A stretch of DNA of 32,142 nt. Origin: Bdellovibrionales bacterium (GTDB taxonomy: Bacteria; Bdellovibrionota_G; JALEGL01; JAGRMV01). A program made the position numbers and the translations under genes. The DNA lies in contig JAGRAZ010000016.1 of assembly GCA_020434345.1 (NCBI GenBank), positions 1 to 32,142 on the forward strand. Direction: 5' to 3'. Below are positions 9,335-20,421 of this stretch, piece by piece. A model generated the notes under the pieces. That model did no database searches and had not been told where the DNA came from. It saw nothing but the letters and a program-made list of their open reading frames with translations. The stretch's first letter is position 1. Each line of letters begins with the position of its first letter.

Positions 9335-12003
9335 TGAAAAAATACATTGCTATCACTTGTTTATCTGTTTTGACCTTTGTTTCTTCAGGTTGCAAAAAGC
9401 CGTCTGAAACAATGGACTCCTCTTCATGGCAAAGACCTGCAGAACAATCGATTTCTGAAAGTTATGCATTTTATCGATCTTCACACGTTCAAAACACTGC
9501 TTACACCATGCACTTTTCCTTTACACCTGATGGAGACACTTTTACTGCCAAAAATACAATTGAATTTACACTGGATCGTCCTTCTGAAAATCTCACGATT
9601 GATTACAGCGATGGTGTAGTTAAAAAATTTCTTGTAAACGGTGTTGAAGCAAACACTACCTTTAATGGTTATTACCTTTTGTTACCCATTGAACATCTAA
9701 AAACCGGAAAAAATATAGTTACCATTGAATACGTAGGCAATTTTAGCAAGGATGGTTCAGGCCTGTACCGCTTTATTGACCCTGAAGATGGACTTCGATA
9801 CCACTATTCCGACTTTGAACCGTACGATGCGCACCGTTTATTTCCTTGCTTTGATCAACCAGATATCAAAGCAACATACACAGTTACTGTTGATGCACCA
9901 AAAGATTGGGTGGTCATCAGTGCGCAAAGAGAAACAAGTAGAAACACACAAAATAAAAAATTTGATACTTGGACTTTTCCAACCACAAAACCGTTTAGTA
10001 CATACATCTTCTCTTTACATACTGGACCCTATGCAGAAATTGCAATCCAAGATTACAAAGATATTGAGCTTCGTCTTTTTGTTCGTAAATCTTTGGCAAA
10101 ATACGTGAATGCAAAAGATTGGGAATCTTTCACACAGCATGGCTTTGAATTCTTTCAAGCTTATTTTGACTATCCCTACCCTTTTACAAAATATGATCAA
10201 ATTATCGTGCCCGACTTTAACGCTGGCGCCATGGAAAACGTAGGCGCTGTAACTTTTTCAGAGCGTTTTATTTCTCGAGGCAAAAAAACGCACAAAGAAA
10301 GATTCAGACTTGCCAATGTTATTTTGCATGAAATGGCGCATATGTGGTTTGGCAATTTGGTCACCATGAAATGGTGGAACGATCTTTGGCTTAACGAGAG
10401 TTTTGCCACATTTGCAGCCTACGTTGCAAGTGAGAAGCACCCTGATTTCAAAGATGCGTGGAAGCAATTTGCTGGAACAAAAAGTTGGGCCTATGAAACT
10501 GACGACCAAGTCACAACGCACCCCATTGAAGCGCATATCGAGTCAAGTGCTGTAGCCATGACCAATTTTGATGGCATCACGTATGGCAAGGGCGCATCTT
10601 CCCTTCAACAAGTATCTTATCTTATCGGTGATACAGCTTTTCGGGATGGTGTACGTGTGTATTTCAAAAAACATGCGTGGAAAAATACCATCCGCAAAGA
10701 TTTTACCTCAGCACTCGATGAGCAATCCCAACAAAATTTAGACGCGTGGTCAAAAGAGTGGCTACAAACTTCCGGCACAAATACACTTTCAACAACTTAC
10801 ACTTGTGAAAACAATCAAATCGCCACATTTAAGGTGATTCAGTCTGCGCCGAAAGACCACACAACACTACGTTTGCATCGCAATCAAATTGCTTTGCTGG
10901 ATGCAAAATTACAAAATTATAAAACAATCGACACATTTATTGATGGCAAAACCACTTCAATTGAGGCATTGGTTGGACAACCTTGTCCATCACTTGTTCT
11001 TTTGAATGCAAATGACAAGGACTTTGTCAAAGTAGCGCTCGATGAAAAAAGCATAGACTTTTTAGCTATCCATATTTCTGACATTGCTTCAGAAACAACA
11101 CGCGGAAACCTTTGGTTCACATTGTGGGATATGGTGAAAAAGAACCAACTATCCATCGAAAAATATACGTCCATTGTTACAAATCACATTGAAAAAGAAA
11201 AAGACATCAATGTTGCCACGTTCATAGAGGACACTCTTACCGGCGGCGTATACTCTGTTTACTTCCTTCTTCCCCATGAAACTGAAGATCAACAAAATAG
11301 CCGTGATAAAACCATGGCAACACTGAACCAACAGATCTATAAACTTTTTACAACTGCAACACCTTCATCAGATTTTCAAAAACTCTGGTTCAATGGATTT
11401 ATCAACACAAGCCAGACAGTTGAAAACCAAAAGCAAATGGTTGGTTGGCTTCAAGGTAAAGTAAAACTACCTCAAGGGTTTACACTTGATCAAGATCAAC
11501 GTTGGACACTTGTGCAAAAGTTACAAGAACTTGATCACAAACAATATGCAAGTCTCACCGCAAATGAAATCAAACGCGACCCTTCTAGCAAAGGCCAAGA
11601 AGCACTCATTGCTGCAAATGCGAGTGCGGATGACATGAAGAGCAAGAAAGACCTTATTGCAAAATTACTTCAAGACAAACCACTTGATTCGGTTGCCAAA
11701 AAACGTGCGGCAATCAAAGCACTTTTTCCTGCTTCGCAAATTGATTTATTGGGATCGCTTGAGGATGATCTTTATAATTTGATTGTTACAGTTTCAAACA
11801 CACCCGGGCAGGAAATTCTACTAAGTGATGTTACAAGATACATCATTCCACTTACATGCAACAAAGAGGGAGTACATAAGATGGGTCGCTTTATCAATGA
11901 GCATAAAGACCTGCACCCGATTGCGGTGAAGAACTTACGTATTCAGTATCAGGAAAATCAGGATTGTGTTGCAATCAAGGAAACGCAAGAAGCTGCAAAA
12001 TAA
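9335..12003 (+). CDS. pepN: Aminopeptidase N (M1-family zinc metallopeptidase), a lipoprotein.
   Basis: GAMEN motif and HEMAHMWFGN...NESFA (HEXXH-18-E). Lipobox LTFVSSGC, AAGGA RBS. The ORF-track start at 9259 has no RBS and is rejected in favour of ATG at 9335. Confidence 0.9.
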
Positions 12004-12181
12004 CTTCTTTTGAAATATAATTTATTTTACTCGTGATAAAAACCCGATGATTTTTGTGATTTTCAAGGCCGCAGTTTTCGAGGCGTGAAGCGTACTCAAG
12101 TTACGTGAGCAAGCCGAGAAAGCGAGAACGCAGAAAATTGCAAAAAGGGCGGGTTTAAGTTCTAGATACTTATTTATGCAT

Positions 12182-15100
12182 CTACTCTACTCGAGAAATG
12201 CCAATGGTTACATCGAACTGATCAAGCTTCTCTTGTACTATTTTCATGGAAGAAGCTGGTTTTTCAAAACGCAGATGAGATAGCGTTTCACTTTCAATCA
12301 ATCCTTGGTACTTTTCAAACGCCTGTCGCAGATCATCTTGCGTCTGCACATGTAGATGAATATGGTTTTCAACTTCAAGCTCACAATCTTTACGAAATCG
12401 TTGAACACGATTGATAAGCTCACGTGTGAGTCCTTCATTCTGAAGGTCTTCTGTAATTTGATCATCCAATGCAACAACCAAACTTCCAGCGCTGTGACAT
12501 GGATATGAAAAAGACGTAATTGCCTTAAGCTCAACAGTAAAGTCATCTGCCCCAAATGCTTGGTCCATGAGTGTTATTTCTTGGTCATTGATGATTCCTT
12601 CTACTTGTTCCTTTGTAAGATTTGCAACAAGAGATTGAAATTCTTTCATTTTTGATCCAACTTTTTTTCCTACCGATTTGAAATTGGGTTTGACCACCCA
12701 CGACCCAATCTTTTCAGAAGGCAAGAATACAACATCGTGAACATTTAACTCTTCCTGTACGATATGCTTCATAGATTGAAGTGCTTTTTCGTCCTCTTGA
12801 TGAACAACACCAATGTACATTGTAGAAAGTGGTTGCCTGTTTTTTATTTTGAGTTTTTCTCGAAGCTCTCGGCCCAAACCAACTGCCCTTCGAATGATAT
12901 CCATTGCCTGTTCAAGTTCGCTTTCACTCTGGCTAAGGGCCTTTGCTTGAGGATACACTTCAAGGTGCACAGAATCCTTTTGGGTAAACTCATGTTCTGA
13001 TGACAATGACTGGTAAATAAACTCACTGATAAAAGGGATAAATGGTGCTGCAAGCTTTGAAAAAGTAACCAGCACATGAAAAAGGGTTGAATAGGCTTGG
13101 TGTTTGGCAGTATCATTTTCTGATTTCCAAAAGCGTCTTCTTGATCTTCGAATGTACCAATTTGTTAGATCATCAATAAAACTCAAAAGTGGTGGAATGA
13201 CTTTTGAGAGATGAAATCGGTCCATCTCAATACAAATTTCTTGTGTTAGTTTTGCAAGCTTAATCTCAATCCATTGGTCTAATTCATGACTTCTTTCGGA
13301 TGTATAATCCTTTTGAGGATCCCAGCCATCAACACTGGCGTAGGTCGCAAAAAAGGAATATGCATTGTAAAAGGGAAGCAACACTTTTCGTGTCATTTCT
13401 TTCAAGCCCTCTTCGCTAAAACGCAGATCTTCCCCCTGAACAGCACCTGATTGAAGTAGATAGATCCGCAACGTATCAGCGCCATACTGATTTAGAACTT
13501 CAATTGGGTCAGGGTAATTTTGAAGTCGCTTGGACATTTTACGGCCGTCTTCAGCAAGCACGATACCATTGACCACGACATTTTTAAATGCAGGCCCCTT
13601 ATCAAGGGCTGTTGAAAGCACCATCAGTGTATAAAACCAGCCACGTGTTTGATCTAATCCTTCAGCAATAAACTCGGCGGGAAATTTTTTTCCAAAGTCT
13701 TCTTCCGATACTGAAAATGGATAGTGATTTTGTGCATATGGCATAGAACCAGATTCAAACCAGCAATCTAAAATCTCAGGAATGCGTGTAAGCGTGTCGC
13801 CTGTCTTCGGCGAAGTGATTTCTATTTGATCTACAAAATGCTTATGCAAATCGTTAACATCTTTGCCGGATAATTTTTTAAGTTCATCTACGCTTCCAAT
13901 ACAAATGGTTTCACCTGTATCTGCATTTCTCCAAATTGGAAGTGGATTGCCCCAAAAGCGATTTCTAGAAATAGCCCAATCACGGGCATTCTCAAGCCAT
14001 TTGCCAAATCGACCATCGCGCAAGTGTTCTGGAACCCAATGTGTTTGTTGATTGTTTTTAATCAATTGTTCTTTAATTTTGGTCACAGCCACAAACCATG
14101 TGGACACAGGCTTATAGATGAGTGGTGTATCGGATCGGTAACAAAAAGGATAACTGTGTTGAATGGTTTCTTGTTTAAAAAGAAGCTTGTTTTGCTTTAA
14201 ATAATCAATGATAATTTTGTCTGCATCTTTGAAGTATAAACCTTGCGCAATACTACATTCATCTGTGAAGATTCCTTCTTGATCCAAGTGCTCAAGGGGA
14301 TCAATGCCAACTCGTTTAAAAACCTCGAAGTCTTCTTCTCCATAGGGTGCTAAATGAACAATACCTGTACCTGAATCTTCTGTGACATAATCAGCCGCAT
14401 ACACTTGCAATGTTTTTTCAGGCATTTTTCCAATAAAACTTGGAATCATCTGTTTATATTTCAACCCGACAAGTTCTGCGCCTTGAAATGTTTGCACAGT
14501 TTCAATTTTAGATTTTCCAAAAACCTGTGCGACCAAATTTTTAGCAACAATAAAGAACTCATGACTGCCTTCTGGCTTTACTTTTACATACGTAATTTCA
14601 GGATTAACAGCAGCCGCATGGTTTGCAGGTAAAGTCCAAGGTGTAGTTGTCCAAACTAGGAGAGAAACAGTTGGATCACTCTCAAGAGTAAGTTTCACAG
14701 TCACCGCTGGATCCTGCACATCTTGATAGTTTAGATTGGCTTCAAAATTAGAAAGTGGTGTTGTGATTCTTGTTGAATAAGGAAGTACTTTCTTATCCTC
14801 ATAAATAAGCCCTTTATCCCATAACTTTTTAAAGACAGACCAGACTGATTCCATGAACGATACATCCATGGTTTTGTAATCATTTTCAAAATCAATCCAA
14901 CGGCCCATGCGCTCAACAGTTTTTTCCCACTCTTGGGTGTAACGAAGCACAATCGACCTACATTCTTCATTGAATCGATCAACACCAAAGGCCAAAATAT
15001 CTTTGCGACCTTTCAGCTCTAGTCGTTTTTCAGTTTCAAATTCGATTGGAAGCCCATGACAATCCCATCCGAATCTTCTTTGAATTTTTTTACCTCGCAT

Positions 15101-15322
15101 GGTCCAATAGCGCGGGACAACGTCCTTAATTGTTCCAGCAAGCAAATGTCCATAGTGAGGAAGTCCGGTTGCAAATGGAGGTCCATCATAAAATGACCAA
15201 GTTTGATCGTCTGACTTTTCAGATACTGATCTTTGAAAAACTTTTTCCTTTTTCCAAAATTGAAGAAGCTCTTCTTCCATCGTAGGGAAAGATAGCTCGG
15301 TCTTGGGTTTGGTGATTTTCAT
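12182..15322 (-). CDS. ileS: Isoleucyl-tRNA synthetase, type 2 (eukaryote/archaeal-like).
   Basis: 1046 aa with the class-I HIGH variant PHYGHLLAG and KMSKR (RKMSKRLQNYPDP). The type-2 C-terminus lacks the bacterial Zn-finger tail. Confidence 0.95.
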   Translation of the reverse strand: MKITKPKTELSFPTMEEELLQFWKKEKVFQRSVSEKSDDQTWSFYDGPPFATGLPHYGHLLAGTIKDVVPRYWTMRGKKIQRRFGWDCHGLPIEFETEKRLELKGRKDILAFGVDRFNEECRSIVLRYTQEWEKTVERMGRWIDFENDYKTMDVSFMESVWSVFKKLWDKGLIYEDKKVLPYSTRITTPLSNFEANLNYQDVQDPAVTVKLTLESDPTVSLLVWTTTPWTLPANHAAAVNPEITYVKVKPEGSHEFFIVAKNLVAQVFGKSKIETVQTFQGAELVGLKYKQMIPSFIGKMPEKTLQVYAADYVTEDSGTGIVHLAPYGEEDFEVFKRVGIDPLEHLDQEGIFTDECSIAQGLYFKDADKIIIDYLKQNKLLFKQETIQHSYPFCYRSDTPLIYKPVSTWFVAVTKIKEQLIKNNQQTHWVPEHLRDGRFGKWLENARDWAISRNRFWGNPLPIWRNADTGETICIGSVDELKKLSGKDVNDLHKHFVDQIEITSPKTGDTLTRIPEILDCWFESGSMPYAQNHYPFSVSEEDFGKKFPAEFIAEGLDQTRGWFYTLMVLSTALDKGPAFKNVVVNGIVLAEDGRKMSKRLQNYPDPIEVLNQYGADTLRIYLLQSGAVQGEDLRFSEEGLKEMTRKVLLPFYNAYSFFATYASVDGWDPQKDYTSERSHELDQWIEIKLAKLTQEICIEMDRFHLSKVIPPLLSFIDDLTNWYIRRSRRRFWKSENDTAKHQAYSTLFHVLVTFSKLAAPFIPFISEFIYQSLSSEHEFTQKDSVHLEVYPQAKALSQSESELEQAMDIIRRAVGLGRELREKLKIKNRQPLSTMYIGVVHQEDEKALQSMKHIVQEELNVHDVVFLPSEKIGSWVVKPNFKSVGKKVGSKMKEFQSLVANLTKEQVEGIINDQEITLMDQAFGADDFTVELKAITSFSYPCHSAGSLVVALDDQITEDLQNEGLTRELINRVQRFRKDCELEVENHIHLHVQTQDDLRQAFEKYQGLIESETLSHLRFEKPASSMKIVQEKLDQFDVTIGISRVE

Positions 15323-15420
15323 AATATATCTACTTCATATATGTCTGTTCCACCAAAAACACAACCTTCGGGAAGCTTTACGCCATAGCCAGATACGCTT
15401 TTTTTTGCTATACGCATCCC

Positions 15421-15705
15421 ATGATCAAAAAAACACTTTTACTTTTTTTACTCCTTTTGATTCCACAAATAACACTGGCCAAGAGTTTTACTTTTTATGT
15501 AAAAATGGCATGTGGAAACTGCTCCCAAGCCATCACAAGCATGATGGAAAAAAAGCACAGTGGACAATACACCAACCTTGTTGCTGATTTTGAAAAGGAT
15601 GTTGTGACACTTGATTCTGATACGTTAACCGAAAAGCAGATTGTAAAAGCGATTGAAAAGGCCGGATTTACTGTTTCAGAGACCCCGATTGCTTCAACAA
15701 AATAA
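15421..15705 (+). CDS. Secreted heavy-metal-associated (HMA) domain protein, a CopZ-like copper chaperone with a signal peptide.
   Basis: Signal peptide LLLFLLLLIPQITLA, then the MACGNC (MxCxxC) metal-binding motif and a ferredoxin-like fold length. Confidence 0.7.
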   Translation: MIKKTLLLFLLLLIPQITLAKSFTFYVKMACGNCSQAITSMMEKKHSGQYTNLVADFEKDVVTLDSDTLTEKQIVKAIEKAGFTVSETPIASTK

Positions 15706-15707
15706 AC

Positions 15708-16553
15708 TTATTTTAAACCTAATTCTTCAAGACGCTGGTTTAGATACTGACTTGCAGTGTATCTTTTCGAAAGTCGAACCTCAGATCGCGGATGCAGAAA
15801 AAGCGGCATAGATAGTCGCGATTCCCCCTTCTTCTCACCCTCTGGATTGATCACCCTATGTGTTGTAGAAGGATAATATCCTCCGCTTGCCTCTTTGAGC
15901 ATGTCTCCGGAATTGACGACAATTGTTCCTGGATCACAAGGAACATCATGCCAATAACCTGATAAATCTAAGACCTGCAATCCCGGATTGGTTGCTGCAG
16001 GTAAAAGCGTGATCAGATTAATGTCCTCATGGGCTGCTGCTCGAACCGCGCCCTGTTCTTCGGATCCAGTCAGCGGTGGATAATGTATAGCTCGAAACAA
16101 AGTTTCTGGACTGTCTTGAATCATGGATGAGAGTGGACAGGAAAAAAGCGATCGCACGTCTGTTGGTGTGTTTTGCTCAATCCAATGAAGCAGCGTTGAA
16201 GCAAGACTTGTAATCGATTCTTGATACCGAGGTGTTACATGCATAATTGAATCTGGATTATCCCACCACGTATAGAAATGATAAAACTCCTTAAGGTCTT
16301 TGACTTGAGAGTCTTTGGCATTTTCAGATCGAAACGGAAAATACCCCGCCTGTTTGGTAGGATCAAATGTATAAGATAGCTTTTCATTGGATGAAAAAAA
16401 GCTGTTCCACTCCTGATAAAGCTCATCAATTAATTGGTGTGGGATGGGATGATGGGTGAGTACACCAAAACCAGTATCCAGAATAGATTGTGTAAACTTT
16501 TCAGGGGCTTGCGGATCTCGATAATCTACGGGTGTAATGTGCTTCATGATCAT
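15708..16553 (-). CDS. 2-oxoglutarate/Fe(II)-dependent oxygenase (isopenicillin-N-synthase-like family).
   Basis: HEDINLITLL (HxD) ... HRV facial triad and a 281-aa cytosolic protein. It converges on and almost abuts the HMA gene. Confidence 0.65.
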   Translation of the reverse strand: MIMKHITPVDYRDPQAPEKFTQSILDTGFGVLTHHPIPHQLIDELYQEWNSFFSSNEKLSYTFDPTKQAGYFPFRSENAKDSQVKDLKEFYHFYTWWDNPDSIMHVTPRYQESITSLASTLLHWIEQNTPTDVRSLFSCPLSSMIQDSPETLFRAIHYPPLTGSEEQGAVRAAAHEDINLITLLPAATNPGLQVLDLSGYWHDVPCDPGTIVVNSGDMLKEASGGYYPSTTHRVINPEGEKKGESRLSMPLFLHPRSEVRLSKRYTASQYLNQRLEELGLK

Positions 16554-16652
16554 TTTTTTAGCATGCTAGGCAAAAAGAAAAAGTTTTTTTGATCTTCATT
16601 TATGGCCTATACTACCAGTCAGGAAAAGACCTAAAAACAAGGATAACAACCC

Positions 16653-18164
16653 ATGAAAAAAATCATACTACTTCAAATACTTGCGCTGTCACTTCTGCAA
16701 TGCTCATCGAGTAATTCTGAATTTTCATCCAGCATCTACCCTGCAGGGCTCTCTATTACTTCACCAACAGTTGGACAGGCGTCAAACAGCAACAATAACC
16801 AACTTATACAATTGGGTAATTTTGATTCAACACAAAGTTTTACTGCAAAAAGAGATGCTTTGGAAAGCCTTGCTTCAGGAGATTCAACTTGCACATTCGT
16901 TTTTCCAAGTTTTGTTGCGCCCTTTCCAACACCTGAATGTTATGGCCCTAAACTCTATTATAAAAACCATCCGGACGGTGCAGATGAGGCAGTTGAAATG
17001 GGGGAAACTTTTCCCTATGTCCCCTCTGGCGATGTTGGCATATGGGAAGAAAATGAAAACGATCAAGCTTGCGCGGCAGCAAAAATGAACCAAGAAATAG
17101 GCAATGTTGGCCAAAAAGTAGATGCCTCTCTTTTGTTCATCGCTGGAATTTCCTGTTTGATTGAAACCGATGGCGATCTTGAACTCCCAGAAGCTGGCGA
17201 TGATTTAGACCTTACTGAAACACTTGCATCTGCAATTGAAGAAAACAATCCAAACATCACCATTGACAGTGCAACTCTTGAGCGCTTAAGTGATGCTTCA
17301 GACGGTTTTGCTGTGTATCAATACAACATAGAAGCAACCGATACATCAGGTCGTGAATTTATGATTTATCTTACACACCACCCTGTCAACGATGATGGTT
17401 CAAACTATCAGGGTAAACTCTGGTCCTCTTATGAAACAGGCAACCCAACGGAATTTGGTACTGCGAATTCATATGCATTTTCGCTTTCGTATGAACGCAA
17501 TGAGCAAAACTTACTTTATCGTATGCTATCTACAACCTACTCTCGCGCCACTGTAACAGGGTCCGATATGTTTGATACCAGTTTTGATGTTGATCCAACT
17601 GGATGTGCAGGTGCAAACTGTTGGGAAAATTTTGCACAAACCATTGGCAACATTGATACCGATACTGGCCTTGGAGCCTTGTCCTACGGTTGGCAAGCTG
17701 GCACTGATGACGCTGATGGGTCTACCAAGCTGGCACGTATTTTTAACGTTTATACTGAAGAGGTAGAGGACGAAACACGTGGATATGCATTCTTTGGGTT
17801 TGGTAGAGGTTTTAACAAAACAACAGGTGATATTGGAACCAATTCCATCAATCGATTTATCTGTAACTGGGCAGGTCCGGGCAATTCCCATACAGGCACT
17901 GAGGATCGCGCACAAAAACAAACCATGCTTTTTAATGAAAGTACTGGCAAATTTGAATCTGATGCCACAAACCTAGAGTATGCTCCAAAAAACTCTTGTA
18001 ACTACGACGGAAGCGGCACATTTGGATTTACCACAGATAGCAGTGTAAACCTCAACGATGTTGGAAACCAGTCTGGTATGATCACCAACAACTTAATAAA
18101 CCTTGATACGGACGAAGATTTCGCAAACTATACAGCACCTACACTTCCCTCTGAAAATTTTTAA
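16653..18164 (+). CDS. Acidic, Thr/Gly/Asp-rich secreted lipoprotein of unknown function with several paired Cys.
   Basis: Lipobox LLQCSSS, 503 aa, no recognisable catalytic motif. It lies 24 nt upstream of the dapA-family gene and is probably co-transcribed. Confidence 0.5.
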   Translation: MKKIILLQILALSLLQCSSSNSEFSSSIYPAGLSITSPTVGQASNSNNNQLIQLGNFDSTQSFTAKRDALESLASGDSTCTFVFPSFVAPFPTPECYGPKLYYKNHPDGADEAVEMGETFPYVPSGDVGIWEENENDQACAAAKMNQEIGNVGQKVDASLLFIAGISCLIETDGDLELPEAGDDLDLTETLASAIEENNPNITIDSATLERLSDASDGFAVYQYNIEATDTSGREFMIYLTHHPVNDDGSNYQGKLWSSYETGNPTEFGTANSYAFSLSYERNEQNLLYRMLSTTYSRATVTGSDMFDTSFDVDPTGCAGANCWENFAQTIGNIDTDTGLGALSYGWQAGTDDADGSTKLARIFNVYTEEVEDETRGYAFFGFGRGFNKTTGDIGTNSINRFICNWAGPGNSHTGTEDRAQKQTMLFNESTGKFESDATNLEYAPKNSCNYDGSGTFGFTTDSSVNLNDVGNQSGMITNNLINLDTDEDFANYTAPTLPSENF

Positions 18165-18188
18165 AGACTTGTAAGGTGATACGCTTCC

Positions 18189-19076
18189 ATGTACAAAACT
18201 CGCATGGATAAAAACCAAATTCCAATTGTGTGGACAGCAATTATTACGCCTTTTTTAGAAAATGGCGCGATTGATTTTACGTCTCTTGAGCACCTTGTTC
18301 GAATGCAGGAAAAGTTCGGAAACGGAATTTTATTTTTAGGATCAACGGGTGAATCTTTAAACCTCACCAACCTTGAAAAAAAACAAGTTATAGACTGGGT
18401 ACAAAATAGAGAATTTACAGTTCCAACCATGTGCGGAGTTGGTGGTTTTTGTTTGGACTCTACACTTTCATGGATCAAAGCCATCAATGAATACAAATTT
18501 GATGCCTACCTTTTGGTTACACCCCCCTATGCAAAACCCGGTGCGCAAGGACAGCTTGCGTGGTTTACAAAACTCATGGACGTATCCCAAAAACCATGCG
18601 TTCTTTATAACGTTCCCGGCAGAACTGCTTGTAGCCTGCACAGAACAGCCTTGCGAGAACTTGCCAAACATAAAAATCTACTCGGTATTAAAGAATCAAG
18701 TGGTTCCATAGACGAATTTATTGCATACAAACAAACGCTTCCCAATCACGCTGTTTATTGTGGCGATGACATTATGATGCCTCATTTTGCCAAAGAAGGG
18801 GCTTGTGGATTGGTTTCTGTTGCGAGCAATGCGTGGCCCGAACAAGTACAAAACTATACACAAAAATGTCTCAACCAGACTTTTGATGATTTTGATCTTT
18901 GGAAACAAGCATGTGAAAATTTATTTACTACGAGTAATCCCGTTCCTATCAAACACCTTCTTCACAAACGAGGCTTGATCAAAACATCTCTTGTCAAAGC
19001 CCCCTTAAGTCATTTAGACATGGGTGATGATACAGACCTTATCAAATACGACCAAAAAATTGTTCTGTGGGTTTAG
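18189..19076 (+). CDS. dapA: DapA/NAL-family class I aldolase (4-hydroxy-tetrahydrodipicolinate synthase-like).
   Basis: TPF..G..D, GSTGE, YNVPGRT and the Schiff-base Lys in GIKESSG. An alternative start is MDKNQ at 18204. Confidence 0.75.
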   Translation: MYKTRMDKNQIPIVWTAIITPFLENGAIDFTSLEHLVRMQEKFGNGILFLGSTGESLNLTNLEKKQVIDWVQNREFTVPTMCGVGGFCLDSTLSWIKAINEYKFDAYLLVTPPYAKPGAQGQLAWFTKLMDVSQKPCVLYNVPGRTACSLHRTALRELAKHKNLLGIKESSGSIDEFIAYKQTLPNHAVYCGDDIMMPHFAKEGACGLVSVASNAWPEQVQNYTQKCLNQTFDDFDLWKQACENLFTTSNPVPIKHLLHKRGLIKTSLVKAPLSHLDMGDDTDLIKYDQKIVLWV

Positions 19077-20233
19077 TTAAGCCACGGTTGATCAATATTT
19101 AATTTCTTTCGATAGCTTTTGAGTTTTTTCTCAAGGTCTATGGGCAGATGAATGCCTGACGAGCCCGAAAACCCTATCACCCACTGATCTTCCAAAGCAT
19201 GGTAGCATTTGTGTGATATCAAGGTAGGACTATAATCTTCTATACAATGTTGAAGGAATTTCTCACCCATCAATGAAGACTCAAATTTATCCAACGAAAG
19301 ATTGGAAACACCAAGCCAAAATAGCATTGCTTGCGTTTTGTCTTGAGGTCGGTTGTTTATAAATTCAAACATAAGGCCTGAAGCATATTCCATCACGACT
19401 TTTGGCGATCGTCCTTGTTTCGGAAATGGATACACTGCTCGATATAAATCATCGATATATTGATCGAACTCTGAAGGTTTTTTACTTAAATACTGGTAGC
19501 CGTTTTCTTTTTCAACATTGGTTAGCTCAGAAATCCAAAGTTGAATTTGATTTTGAAAATAGACGGGCATCAAATCACGATTGGGAAGCTTTTGTAAAAA
19601 TTCACGAAATTTTGCAGGATTTCTCTGAACACGAAGTGCAATAATCAAAAGGCGACCAAGTGAATCATTGAGCTGGCTATCGTTTTTTTGCTTTTTTCCA
19701 TAGCTTGATACAACACCTGAAAACAACTCCCATGCTTGATCATAGCCTCGTACAGTATAATAAAAATTTGCACGATCAAAATCATCCTTAGGCAGTGAAA
19801 AATCTGAAAAGTTCCAACTCATTGAGCTCGTGCTACTTTCTTGCGTATGGCAATTGCTGCAGGCATGGAGCGTGGAACGAAATAAACGAAATGCGTAGTG
19901 CTTTTTCTTGGATGAAAATGCATCATAAACTTCGTTGATATTATTAATAAAGTAATTGGCCGTGATCTCGTACCCGGGCGTCATGAGTCGCTCATGATGT
20001 TTTAGATCCTGCGATAGTTTTTTTAGCTCAAGTAAGTTTTTCGCAATGAGTTTATCATTTTTATCTGCATTGAACTGATCTTCATTGTACATGTATGGGC
20101 TGATAGAAACGAGTTTACTTAAAAATTGGTACATGACCGGCGGAACAGCTTTTGCCCCCCATCCCATAGATGAAAAGCCAATCACAAGTAACAAACAACT
20201 GATCCCGATAAAAAGTGAAAGTTTTTTATGCAT
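19073..20233 (-). CDS. Secreted hypothetical protein with a single CXXCH haem-c-type motif (HACSNCHTQ).
   Basis: Signal peptide MHKKLSLFIGISCLLLVIGF, 386 aa, one CSNCH. Its stop overlaps the dapA stop convergently. Confidence 0.45.
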   Translation of the reverse strand: MHKKLSLFIGISCLLLVIGFSSMGWGAKAVPPVMYQFLSKLVSISPYMYNEDQFNADKNDKLIAKNLLELKKLSQDLKHHERLMTPGYEITANYFINNINEVYDAFSSKKKHYAFRLFRSTLHACSNCHTQESSTSSMSWNFSDFSLPKDDFDRANFYYTVRGYDQAWELFSGVVSSYGKKQKNDSQLNDSLGRLLIIALRVQRNPAKFREFLQKLPNRDLMPVYFQNQIQLWISELTNVEKENGYQYLSKKPSEFDQYIDDLYRAVYPFPKQGRSPKVVMEYASGLMFEFINNRPQDKTQAMLFWLGVSNLSLDKFESSLMGEKFLQHCIEDYSPTLISHKCYHALEDQWVIGFSGSSGIHLPIDLEKKLKSYRKKLNIDQPWLN

Positions 20234-20421
20234 GCCCGTATTCAAACATAATGAAAAAAAATTTGCATGATATTTATCATGAATTATTCACAGGTTCCAT
20301 GCGCATTGCTCAATGCGGCATTTTGCTGTCCTTTTTTCACGCTCATGCTTGTAAATAACTTGTTCTTCATCGTGGATTTCTCTACAATGGCGCTGGTATC
20401 ACACATTCTTAGGAGAAAATT

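Noticed and set aside
16681-17263. Overlapping ORFs 16681-17088 (+), 16884-17114 (-) and 17063-17263 (-).
   Set aside because: They are embedded in or antisense to the 503-aa lipoprotein gene and have no start signals. They are shadow ORFs.
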